Shown one piece after another: positions 31,997 through 39,895 of a stretch of 64,000 bases of DNA; position 1 is the stretch's first letter; each line of letters starts with the position of its first letter. The notes beneath the pieces were generated by a model. The model saw only the letters and a program-made list of their open reading frames with translations, was not told the DNA's origin and did not search any database. A program made the translations under genes and the position numbers. Source of the stretch: an archaeon (GTDB lineage Archaea; Nanobdellota; Nanobdellia; Pacearchaeales; JAPDKA01); assembly GCA_029258825.1 (NCBI GenBank), contig JAPDKA010000001.1, forward strand, positions 35,548 through 99,547. The letters run 5' to 3'.

Positions 31997-32920
31997 CTAT
32001 TGTTTTTGCTTTGATTGTTGTTTCGCCTGTTTTGCTCTAGTTTGTTTTTGCTTTAACTTTGGTTTTCGCTTTTCTTTTTCTGCTTTTGCTTTTTTGAAGT
32101 ATTTAGCAATAAAATCGTCTACAGGCATACGCTTTCTCAAGCAATTCAATATTTCTTTCTCTGTAAGTTCCTCTACTTCCTTGCCGTCCGGTGCTCTAGC
32201 AATATACTTAACGTTTGCATTGGCTATTGCATCTTTGGCTATCAATAAACCGCCGCGATCGCCATCAACAAACAATGTGATTTCTTTTTCTTTACTTAGT
32301 TTCTTAATTGTTTCTGGCATTGAAGCACCTTCCATAGCTATAACATTGCAGATACCATATTTAACAAGATTAATAACATCAGCACGACCTTCAACCACAA
32401 TTAGTTCATTGCTGCTTAAGTCAGGACCTGCAGTCAATTTTTCTTTACCATATTTTTGAATTTCAGAAATCTTTGTTTCTGCCTTTACGGCTTCCTCAAG
32501 TTCTTTTGATTCTGGCAACTGCTTGCTTATCTGCTTTAACAACTCTTTTGCACGCTTAATTATGTATTCACGTTTATTCTCTCGCACATCTTCAATACGT
32601 GCTATCTCAAATTTTGCTTCAGCAGGCCCGATTCTATCGATAGTTTCAAGAGCTGCGGCAATCAATGTTGTCTCTGTTTTGTCAACTGCAGTCGGCACTA
32701 TCACTTCACCATAGCTCTTGCTATCTTTATGTTTAACAATTACATCAATTCTGCCGATTTTACCTTTCTTTTGCAAATCTCTCAACTCTAGTTCCTCACC
32801 AAGCAAGCCTTCTGTTTGGCCGAACACAGCACCTATAACATCTGGCTTTTCCACAATCCCGTTAGCAGTAAACTTCACGATAATCTTATATTTAATGGAT
32901 ACGGGACTTATCTTTCCCAT
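31997..32920 (-). CDS. dnaG: archaeal DNA primase DnaG (TOPRIM), terminated by an in-frame TAG
   Basis: LIVVEGRADVINLVKYGICNVIAMEGAS (TOPRIM Glu) and ITLFVDGDRGG (DxD); K/Q-rich linker, then TAG at 31997-31999. Confidence 0.8.
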   Translation of the reverse strand: MGKISPVSIKYKIIVKFTANGIVEKPDVIGAVFGQTEGLLGEELELRDLQKKGKIGRIDVIVKHKDSKSYGEVIVPTAVDKTETTLIAAALETIDRIGPAEAKFEIARIEDVRENKREYIIKRAKELLKQISKQLPESKELEEAVKAETKISEIQKYGKEKLTAGPDLSSNELIVVEGRADVINLVKYGICNVIAMEGASMPETIKKLSKEKEITLFVDGDRGGLLIAKDAIANANVKYIARAPDGKEVEELTEKEILNCLRKRMPVDDFIAKYFKKAKAEKEKRKPKLKQKQTRAKQAKQQSKQKQ

Positions 32921-33008
32921 GTTTCCTCCTAGAAACCCCGCTGATAAGCGTGAGTTTCTGATAAGTTTAATTGATGATTTGTGATGGTTGATATATTATA
33001 GGATAGTG

Positions 33009-33533
33009 CTAAGCATATATAAACGTTTCTCTTCTCGTTTTTACCCAAATCACAACCAATATCAAAACAGCAGTAACATTAAACAAATCGGCTAAATTAA
33101 AAGAAGGAAAAGCAAAATAGCAAAAACCAATAAAATCACGCACATAGTTAAATGCAAGCCTGTCAATGAGATTGCTTATTGTGCCAGCAAGTAGTAAACA
33201 TAATGCTAATACAAACAGATTAAATCTTGCTTGTTTTTTCACCTGCATGAAAATAAAAGCAAAACAAGCAAATATGACAGCAAGACTTATGGCTGTAACC
33301 AAAGCAAAGATAAACACATTGTTGATGTTAAGCAAACCAAAACTTACGCCATAGTTGAAAGCTTTCTTAAGACAGAAAAAACCAAGCTGTAATTGTTTAG
33401 CATTAATCGCAGCAAACTTGGTTAATTGATCAATAACAACCAATAAAGCAATAAACATAACAAGAAAGATAATATACATTGTTTTGCCCTCATGCAATTT
33501 CACTGCTTGTTTTGTCTTGTTTTGTTTTTTCAT
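33009..33533 (-). CDS. lspA: lipoprotein signal peptidase II (LspA)
   Basis: All LspA boxes present: DQLTK, NYGVSFG (NxGxAFG), SNLIDRL (GNxxDR), FNLADLF (FNxAD); 4 TM helices; 4-bp overlap with metG. Confidence 0.7.
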   Translation of the reverse strand: MKKQNKTKQAVKLHEGKTMYIIFLVMFIALLVVIDQLTKFAAINAKQLQLGFFCLKKAFNYGVSFGLLNINNVFIFALVTAISLAVIFACFAFIFMQVKKQARFNLFVLALCLLLAGTISNLIDRLAFNYVRDFIGFCYFAFPSFNLADLFNVTAVLILVVIWVKTRRETFIYA

Positions 33534-35224
33534 TTAAACAACTCTTCAAGCTGTAATGGTTGGGATGTTATTTGTTTTAGCTTTTCAAGAGTGTTATCAT
33601 CAATACGCTTGAACAAGTGCTTTGGCTGTTGTAATTGAATATCAACATTAAAATCATTAAGCAATTTAATATCAATACTTATGCCCAGCATAGATGCTAT
33701 TTTTTCTGCAGTTGAAGGTAAAAAAGGCCATAACAAAATGGCCATATCTTTAATCAGGTAAACAAGAAAACTAACTGCTGCTTGATCTTTCGTTTTCCAT
33801 ATTTGCTTTTCGTCAGTAAATTTATTGCCAAAATCTGCCAGCTCAAGAATAAGCTTTAATGCTTTTCTCAATTCAACATGTTCATATGCTTCAAGGATTG
33901 CCTTACTATATTGCCTAACAATATTGCAATGTTCATCATCGCTAACTGCAACAATGTTAATGTTATTTTTATAAGCAAAACTTAAAACACGATACACCAA
34001 ATTAGCAAGTTTACCTATCAACTCTGCATTGATGCGTGTTTTAAAGTCATTCCAATCAAACTCTGTGTCTTTAGTTTCGGGGATAAGCAAAGATAAGTAA
34101 AAACGCCAGTAATCTGCAGTAATGCCAAGCTGCTGCTCTGCTTTCATCAATGTTTCGCAGAACACACCACGTTTTTTGCTTTTGGAAAATTTACCTTCAG
34201 CAAGATTTAGGTAGTTAAGACCAACAACATTGTAAGGCAAAGTAAAGCTGCCGTGTGCAATCAACATGCCTGGGAAAAATATGGTGTGAAAAGGTATGTT
34301 GTCTTTTCCTATAAAAAAGTATATTTTTGCTTTTTCATTTTTCCAATATTGTTGCCAATCTTGATGTAATTGTTGACATACTTCTTTTGTAAAAGTTATA
34401 TATCCAATTGGTGCATCAAACCAAACATACAAAGTTTTATCTTCAAAACCTTTTAATGGCACGGGAACGCCAAACTTTACGTTACGCGTAATGCATCTCG
34501 GCTTTAGGCCTGCATCAAGCCAAGCATTGGCTATTGCTTTAACATGTTTTCTCCATTTAGCATTGCTTATCCATCGCTTAAGTTTGTCTGCTACCTTAGG
34601 CAATTCAAAGAAAAGATGTTTTTCTTGTTTGAATTCTATAGCTGTTGAGCCACATATAACACATTTTGGATTTATCAACTGTGACGGCTCTAACAATTTA
34701 CCGCATGCTTCACACTGATCGCCGTGTGCATGTTCATAACCACAATAAGGACACTGCCCAACCATGTAGCGATCTGATAAATAATGCTTACAGTTTTTGC
34801 AATATGCCACATTAATTATTTTCTCACTTATGTAGCCATTCTCATAAAGCTTTAAGAAAAAATCCTGTGTAGTTGCGTAATGCAGTTGCTTAGATGTGCG
34901 TGAGAAAATGTCATAGCTAAAATTAAACCAATCATAAATTTCTTTATGGATTGCATAAAGCCTATCACAAAGTTGTTGCTCATCTACGCCAAGTTTATAT
35001 GCAGTTACTTCAGTTGTTGTGCCGTTTTCATCTGTTCCGCCAACAAACAATACTTGCTTATTTGTTAATTTGCAATATCTCGCAAATATATCAGCTGGTA
35101 AATGACTGCCAACGATATTGCCTAAATGAGGGATGTTATTAACATACGGCAGGGCTGCTGTAACTAAAACAACCTCGTTTGCATTTGTTGAATTTGCATC
35201 ATTTGCATGTTGTGTTTGGTTCAT
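33530..35224 (-). CDS. metG: methionyl-tRNA synthetase
   Basis: Class I HIGH-type motif PHLGNIVGS, KMSKS as KFSKSKK, zinc knuckles CKNCKHY...CPYCGYEHAHGDQCEACG; 564 aa. Confidence 0.9.
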   Translation of the reverse strand: MNQTQHANDANSTNANEVVLVTAALPYVNNIPHLGNIVGSHLPADIFARYCKLTNKQVLFVGGTDENGTTTEVTAYKLGVDEQQLCDRLYAIHKEIYDWFNFSYDIFSRTSKQLHYATTQDFFLKLYENGYISEKIINVAYCKNCKHYLSDRYMVGQCPYCGYEHAHGDQCEACGKLLEPSQLINPKCVICGSTAIEFKQEKHLFFELPKVADKLKRWISNAKWRKHVKAIANAWLDAGLKPRCITRNVKFGVPVPLKGFEDKTLYVWFDAPIGYITFTKEVCQQLHQDWQQYWKNEKAKIYFFIGKDNIPFHTIFFPGMLIAHGSFTLPYNVVGLNYLNLAEGKFSKSKKRGVFCETLMKAEQQLGITADYWRFYLSLLIPETKDTEFDWNDFKTRINAELIGKLANLVYRVLSFAYKNNINIVAVSDDEHCNIVRQYSKAILEAYEHVELRKALKLILELADFGNKFTDEKQIWKTKDQAAVSFLVYLIKDMAILLWPFLPSTAEKIASMLGISIDIKLLNDFNVDIQLQQPKHLFKRIDDNTLEKLKQITSQPLQLEELFK

Positions 35225-35232
35225 TTTTTATG

Positions 35233-36225
35233 TTATTTTGTTTTGCTTTTTTGCTTGCAATTTTGTTTATTTACTTGTTTACAATTGCCAATTCTTGTTT
35301 TTATCTTTTTCGTTTTGAATTTTGCTTTTTTATTTTTAAGTTTGTCTATCTCAAGCAGATGCAAAAATAACAACAGTTCATCAAGATTAGCGAGGTTAGC
35401 ATAATCAAGGTTTACGCCAGGACAAGCAAGAGCAACATAAAAATCTAACCCAAAATTGATAAGTTCTGCTTCAGTTATGTTGTCTGCAAGAAAGAAATAA
35501 ACCTTTTTATTTATTCGTTGTAATCGCTGCAATGCTCTTAATACTCTATCAAGTTGCATATTTTGCAGCATGAACTGCCCGGGCTTTACACTTATTATCA
35601 ACCCTATATTTGTGGCATAAACAAACCTAACAAATTTAGCTTTCTTTTGCTTCAACAATTGTTTTGCTATATCATTGTGATGCTGTAAAGTAATCTTGCC
35701 TAATGCTTGTAGTGAGGCTTGTATCGAGTAAACATGAAGCTTAGGCAATGTAAACTGTTTTTGCTTTCTTGCTGTATAATTCAGCAGTGCGTCAACAAAC
35801 ATTTTGATGTGAAATGTGCCAGAACCAACAAATAAAAAAATACAATCGTCAAACCTTAATTTTGATTTTTTTATTGCTGTGTAAATGATATTGAATGATT
35901 GACAACCAAGCACAGTGCCAGCATAAATAGCACTGCAGTGCTGCGCTACAAAGCTATAAACAATTTTGGCTATTGCCTCATCTTGCAATGTTGTAAATAC
36001 AACAATTGTTTTGTTTTTATTTTTTGCATGCTCAACTAGTTCAGCGATTTTTTTATTGTTTTTTAACGCTTTAGAATATTGCTTGCTTGCGGGTTTTACT
36101 GCTTTAACAACAATTACATCAATTTTGTCAAGCTTTTTATGCTGTTTGTTTTGCTCTTTGTGTTTTCTAACAGATTTGGCCATAGGAAAAAAAATCAAAA
36201 TAGATTTAAAAATATCATGGTTCAA
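35233..36225 (-). CDS. dph2: diphthamide synthase Dph2-like (2-(3-amino-3-carboxypropyl)histidine synthase family), N-terminally abbreviated
   Basis: KTIVVFTTLQDEAIAKI, GTVLGCQSFNI, IFLFVGSGTFH, IGLIISVKPGQ and YVALACPGVNLD resemble the domain 2/3 motifs of archaeal Dph2 (GSG-FH, ACP-V-LD), recalled from memory. The first ~70 aa are K-rich low complexity and a domain-1 Cys motif was not found. Confidence 0.5.
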   Translation of the reverse strand: MNHDIFKSILIFFPMAKSVRKHKEQNKQHKKLDKIDVIVVKAVKPASKQYSKALKNNKKIAELVEHAKNKNKTIVVFTTLQDEAIAKIVYSFVAQHCSAIYAGTVLGCQSFNIIYTAIKKSKLRFDDCIFLFVGSGTFHIKMFVDALLNYTARKQKQFTLPKLHVYSIQASLQALGKITLQHHNDIAKQLLKQKKAKFVRFVYATNIGLIISVKPGQFMLQNMQLDRVLRALQRLQRINKKVYFFLADNITEAELINFGLDFYVALACPGVNLDYANLANLDELLLFLHLLEIDKLKNKKAKFKTKKIKTRIGNCKQVNKQNCKQKSKTK

Positions 36226-36370
36226 TAAGAATAGCTCGAAAAATTACATTTTAAAAATCTGTGTATTTGTTACCTTTATTAAATAGTAAATAGAAAAATT
36301 TATAAACGAGTGAGTTTTAGTAAAGTTAAACTAAAGGTGAAATTAGAAAAAGAAGCAACACCAAAGCAGA

Positions 36371-37288
36371 ATGGAACACCAAATCCAAATCATAGGAAAC
36401 AGAAAAGATGGAAGGTTGGATAGTCTAGTTAGGGAAGCATTAGATAGTGGTTTATTTAGAAGAGCATATGAAAGAGTGATGGGGATAAGAACAAAACAAA
36501 AAGCAAGAACAAAGCAAGAATCACAAAATATTGAAAAGAAGTTGATAAGTAGTGTTGATGATTTAAAGGAAATTGAGGGTGTTTGTGAACTTCAACCTGG
36601 AAAGTATAACATATATTTTGAAATTGAGATTCCTGAAGGAAGTAAGCTTATATTGCCGGCTGGTGTTGAGCTTTATTTTGCTGAAAATTGTGGCATAACA
36701 TGTGATGGAGAGCTTGAAGTGAAAGGAAAGAAAGGTTTAGAAGTTATAATTAGTGCTTTAGACAAAGACAAAGGATGGAAGAATATTGTGGTTGGAGAAA
36801 AAGGTAAGGCAAAGTTTAATTATGCTAAGGTTAGTTATGGTAGGGGAAGAAAAGATAAAGATGGTGATGTTAGTGGAGGGGCTGTCTCGGTTTATGGGGA
36901 ATTCTATGCTGATAATTCTGTGTTTGAGGAGAATAGTGCAAAATATGGTGGGGCAATAAGGAATTATAAAGGAAAAGTAGAGATAGGGGAGAATAATGTG
37001 TTTAGAGGGAATAGTGCAGAAAATAATGGTGGGGCAATAAGGAATTATAAAGGAAAAGTAGAGATAGGGGAGAATAATGTGTTTAGAGGGAATAGTGCAG
37101 AAAATAATGGTGGGGCAATAAGGAATTATGAAGGAAAAGTAGAGATAGGGGAGAATAATGTGTTTAGGGAGAATAGTGCAGAAAATGATGGTGGGGCAAT
37201 AAGGAATTATGAAGGTGAACTAAATATAGATAAAAGTAAAAACACATTTATAGGAAATAAACCAGATGATATTTATATTGGAGATTAA
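36371..37288 (+). CDS. repeat protein: conserved N-terminal module + Pmp-like (GGAI / FxxN) beta-helix repeats
   Basis: N-terminal 47 aa MEHQIQIIGNRKDGRLDSLVREALDSGLFRRAYERVMGIR nearly identical to the N-terminus of ORF 43408-44460. C-terminal three 27-aa repeats GGAIRNYKGKVEIGENNVFRGNSAENN carry the GGAI and FxxN motifs of polymorphic-membrane-protein type parallel beta-helices. Confidence 0.6.
   Translation: MEHQIQIIGNRKDGRLDSLVREALDSGLFRRAYERVMGIRTKQKARTKQESQNIEKKLISSVDDLKEIEGVCELQPGKYNIYFEIEIPEGSKLILPAGVELYFAENCGITCDGELEVKGKKGLEVIISALDKDKGWKNIVVGEKGKAKFNYAKVSYGRGRKDKDGDVSGGAVSVYGEFYADNSVFEENSAKYGGAIRNYKGKVEIGENNVFRGNSAENNGGAIRNYKGKVEIGENNVFRGNSAENNGGAIRNYEGKVEIGENNVFRENSAENDGGAIRNYEGELNIDKSKNTFIGNKPDDIYIGD
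36947..37189 (+). repeat. 3 x 81-bp near-identical tandem coding repeats
   Basis: ggtggggcaataaggaattataaaggaaaagtagagataggggagaataatgtgtttagagggaatagtgcagaaaataat repeated three times with 1-3 substitutions. Confidence 0.7.
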
Positions 37289-37358
37289 TTGTTAATACTA
37301 TTAAAACATTGTAGAAAGTCAATATTTCTGTTTTTAACATGTATAAACTATACATGTT

Positions 37359-37397
37359 CTGCAAAATATATGTTGCAGATTATGTATAGAATTACAT
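37359..37397 (+). repeat. ~40-nt intergenic repeat element, copy A, upstream of the MNT-HEPN cassette
   Basis: ctgcaaaatatatgttgcagattatgtatagaattacat; preceded at 37338-37356 by palindrome catgtataaactatacatg; related copies at 38394-38433 and 61698-61737. Confidence 0.4.
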
Positions 37398-37444
37398 TTT
37401 AAAAATGGAAAAATTTATAAACAATTGGAAGGAAATATTTACAT

Positions 37445-37978
37445 ATGGAAAAAAAATTAACCATACTAAAACCATTTTTCGAGAATCCAAATAGGGAATT
37501 TCACATAAGAGAGCTCTCTAGGATGCTCAAAATAAACCATACTACAGTAAGGCAATATCTTAACAAATTCGTGAAAGAAAATTTACTCGAAATGAAGAAG
37601 GAAAGAAAATTTAAATTATTTAAAGCGAAGATTAATAGAAAATTCTTAAACTTAAAATTATTTTATAATTTAGAAAAAATCAGAAAGAGTGGTTTGATAG
37701 AAGATTTAGAAAGAAATTTTGATTTTCCACCAATTGTAATTTTTGGTTCTTATGCTCAAGCTATGGACAACAAAAACAGCGATATTGATATATGTATCAT
37801 TACTAACATTAAGAAAAAATTTAATACAACAAAGTATGAAAAAAAGCTTAATAGAAAATTAAGCTTACATATTTTTTCTGAAAAAGAGTGGGAAAAATTA
37901 AAGGTTACAAATCCAGAATTGGTAAACAGCATTTGTAATGGGATTGTTTTAGCAGGACAGTTAGAAGTAGTAAAATGA
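37445..37978 (+). CDS. wHTH-fused nucleotidyltransferase (MNT)
   Basis: HIRELSRMLKINHTTVRQYLNKFV HTH + IVIFGSYAQAMDNKNSDIDICII GS...DxD motif; paralog of 20223-20789. Confidence 0.65.
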   Translation: MEKKLTILKPFFENPNREFHIRELSRMLKINHTTVRQYLNKFVKENLLEMKKERKFKLFKAKINRKFLNLKLFYNLEKIRKSGLIEDLERNFDFPPIVIFGSYAQAMDNKNSDIDICIITNIKKKFNTTKYEKKLNRKLSLHIFSEKEWEKLKVTNPELVNSICNGIVLAGQLEVVK

Positions 37979-37981
37979 ACT

Positions 37982-38278
37982 TTGAAGAAAGCCTTAAAAA
38001 AGAGTTATGTAAAAAAGGTTAAAAAAGATAAATTTAGAGCAAAAAGCTTGATTAAGTCTGCAGAATTAATTTTAAAGACAATTAAACAAATTCCATTGAA
38101 TAAAACAAGTGCAAATACAATCTTAAGAGAACTTTATGAAGCGCTAAGACAATGCTGCGAAGCTATAGGTTATTTATACAGGTATAAATTTTTATCACAT
38201 GAAGCAATAACTTACTTTATTTCGGATGTTCTTGAAGACAAAAGACTTGCTCTAAAGTTTGATAGATACAGAAAATAA
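37982..38278 (+). CDS. HEPN domain protein
   Basis: 98 aa helical; paralog of 19765-20226; starts 4 nt after the MNT stop. Confidence 0.55.
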   Translation: MKKALKKSYVKKVKKDKFRAKSLIKSAELILKTIKQIPLNKTSANTILRELYEALRQCCEAIGYLYRYKFLSHEAITYFISDVLEDKRLALKFDRYRK

Positions 38279-38393
38279 GAAATTCAATAAATTACTATGG
38301 ACATTTTATAGACATATTAAGTGTTAATCATGCATTAATTGAAATTCCACAGATGATAGAAAAATTAAAGAAATTTATTTCAACATTATAATG

Positions 38394-38433
38394 CTGTAAA
38401 ATATATGTTAGAGATTATGTATAAACTATACAT
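38394..38433 (+). repeat. ~40-nt intergenic repeat element, copy B, downstream of the MNT-HEPN cassette
   Basis: ctgtaaaatatatgttagagattatgtataaactatacat; ends in palindrome atgtataaactatacat (38417-38433); direct orientation relative to copy A. Confidence 0.4.
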
Positions 38434-38490
38434 CTTTATTAAGTTTACAGTACTGCATAACAAGAAAAAGTAAAGTAATGCTGTCGATGT

Positions 38491-38859
38491 TTATTCTATT
38501 TTTTCTACTTTTTCTTTCTTCTCTTCACCTTTGTAAATTTCAGCAAACTCTGGCGTTACTATCACTATACTTTCACCAAACCCTGCTATATCGCCTTCAA
38601 GAGCGTCGCATGTTTTTTTCAATTTGCTTATCGCTCTTTTCAATTCAATAAGATCTCTGTTTTTCAACGGCGAAATGTCAATAATAGCAATAGTGTAACC
38701 TTCACGTAATGCATTCAAGATTTTGTTAACATCCTCAAATTCACGCAACACAAACGGCCTTACCACCACTTTTTGCTTTTTCACCTCTTTTCCTATATCT
38801 ATTTCAATATATTCCGGCTCATCCTGTTGCTTTTTTGCTCTTCGAAATCTGAACACCAT
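38491..38859 (-). CDS. sepF: cell division protein SepF-like (DUF552)
   Basis: VVVRPFVLREFEDVNKILNALREGYTIAIIDISPLKNRDLIELKRAISKLKKTCDALEGDIAGFGESIVIVTP matches the SepF/YlmF core pattern (P..f.da..i.d.l..g..v..nL..l......Ri.DFl.G...AL.G.i....i). Confidence 0.55.
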   Translation of the reverse strand: MVFRFRRAKKQQDEPEYIEIDIGKEVKKQKVVVRPFVLREFEDVNKILNALREGYTIAIIDISPLKNRDLIELKRAISKLKKTCDALEGDIAGFGESIVIVTPEFAEIYKGEEKKEKVEKIE

Positions 38860-38953
38860 TTTAAAATTTATTGTGTTGGCATTTATAAATATTTTGTTTG
38901 ATTAAGCTTGGTTATTATTGTTTTTCCCAGGTTATTTTTAAATGTTTCTATAC

Positions 38954-39280
38954 CTATTTTGCTTTTTTCAATATTTCCTCTCTAAGCTTTAATGCCTTTT
39001 CTTTTAACACTTCTTCTTGCTTTTCTATGCTTTTAATCCTTAACTCAAGTAACTCGTGTTTTTCCTTCAGCTCTTTCTCAAGTTGTTCTTTGTTTGCTTT
39101 GACCATTACACTACCTACAACCTTAAACACATCGCCTTGTTTACTTTTCTTTACTTCCTCAAGAGCATCAAGCGTTTCCTTAATCTCAAGCTGAAATAAT
39201 TGTTTTTGTACAGCAAGCTGCTGAAGATTATGCTCGATAAGTTGCAATTCTTCAAGTTTTTTTTGTTGTTGCGCATCCAT
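38954..39280 (-). CDS. pfdB: prefoldin beta subunit
   Basis: 108 aa two-helix coiled coil flanking a beta-hairpin (DVFKVVGSVMVKANKE); conserved archaeal neighbourhood with rpoP and rpl37ae. Confidence 0.65.
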   Translation of the reverse strand: MDAQQQKKLEELQLIEHNLQQLAVQKQLFQLEIKETLDALEEVKKSKQGDVFKVVGSVMVKANKEQLEKELKEKHELLELRIKSIEKQEEVLKEKALKLREEILKKAK

Positions 39281-39281
39281 A

Positions 39282-39419
39282 TTAGTCTGTTTTTACACGT
39301 TTAATTCTTGTTCTTGGTTTATAAAAGATACGTGAACCGCAGTGTGGACAAACAAAACGCTTTTCCAAGTTTTTGTGTGAAATCTGCTTACCGCAAACAT
39401 AACATTTGTATATTGCCAT
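39282..39419 (-). CDS. rpoP: DNA-directed RNA polymerase subunit P (Rpo12/RpoP)
   Basis: Hand translation MAIYKCYVCGKQISHKNLEKRFVCPHCGSRIFYKPRTRIKRVKTD (45 aa): CxxC...CxxC zinc ribbon typical of RpoP. Absent from the ORF track (<60 aa). Sits between rpl37ae and pfdB as in many archaea. Confidence 0.75.
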   Translation of the reverse strand: MAIYKCYVCGKQISHKNLEKRFVCPHCGSRIFYKPRTRIKRVKTD

Positions 39420-39464
39420 TTTGTTTTTTGATTATTTTGTTTTATTTTTTATATTAATGTCTTT

Positions 39465-39686
39465 CTAATCTCTTTTCACAAAATATGCACCGCCTGTAAA
39501 TTTTTTGTCACAACTTTTACAATAAAATATGCCGCTTGCAAGTCTCTTAACAGAAAACTTCTTGCAATATGGGCATTGTTGTTTTGCTCTCTGCTTTCGT
39601 TCTATTGCTGCAACTTTGTGTCGTATTCTAGCACCATAATTAGCACGAAACCTTCCAGCACTCGCAACCTTTTTTGTTCTTGCCAT
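39465..39686 (-). CDS. rpl37ae: ribosomal protein L37ae (eL43)
   Basis: MARTKKVASAGRFRANYGARIRHKV...CPYCKK...CKSCDKKFTGGAY: conserved N-terminus and C4 zinc ribbon of eL43. Confidence 0.8.
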   Translation of the reverse strand: MARTKKVASAGRFRANYGARIRHKVAAIERKQRAKQQCPYCKKFSVKRLASGIFYCKSCDKKFTGGAYFVKRD

Positions 39687-39737
39687 TTTAACGCAAGCTT
39701 TGCGGCATTTAAAAAAGTTTTGTTAAACAAAATAAAG

Positions 39738-39812
39738 TGGGGCTGCCCGGATTCGAACCGGGGTCTCGAGCTCCCAAGGCTCGGATGCTAGACCAGGCTA
39801 CACCACAGCCCC
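39738..39812 (-). tRNA. tRNA-Pro (anticodon UGG)
   Basis: Reverse complement GGGGCUGUGGUGUAGCCUGGUCUAGCAUCCGAGCCUUGGGAGCUCGAGACCCCGGUUCGAAUCCGGGCAGCCCCA; anticodon loop CUUGGGA. Confidence 0.85.
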
Positions 39813-39895
39813 TCATAACCTTAGCTGATAAAATAAATATGTTTTAAAAGTTTTTTGAAAAATGTTCTCTCTAAGACCAACCGAAGGATTTATAA

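Noticed and set aside
31997-31999. Genome-wide reassignment of TAG to a sense codon
   Set aside because: aglB (7474-10194) ends in TAG after a plausible C-terminus and is followed by additional stops within 20 codons. Other genes use TAA/TGA normally. A local event (mutation, error or read-through) is more parsimonious than code change.
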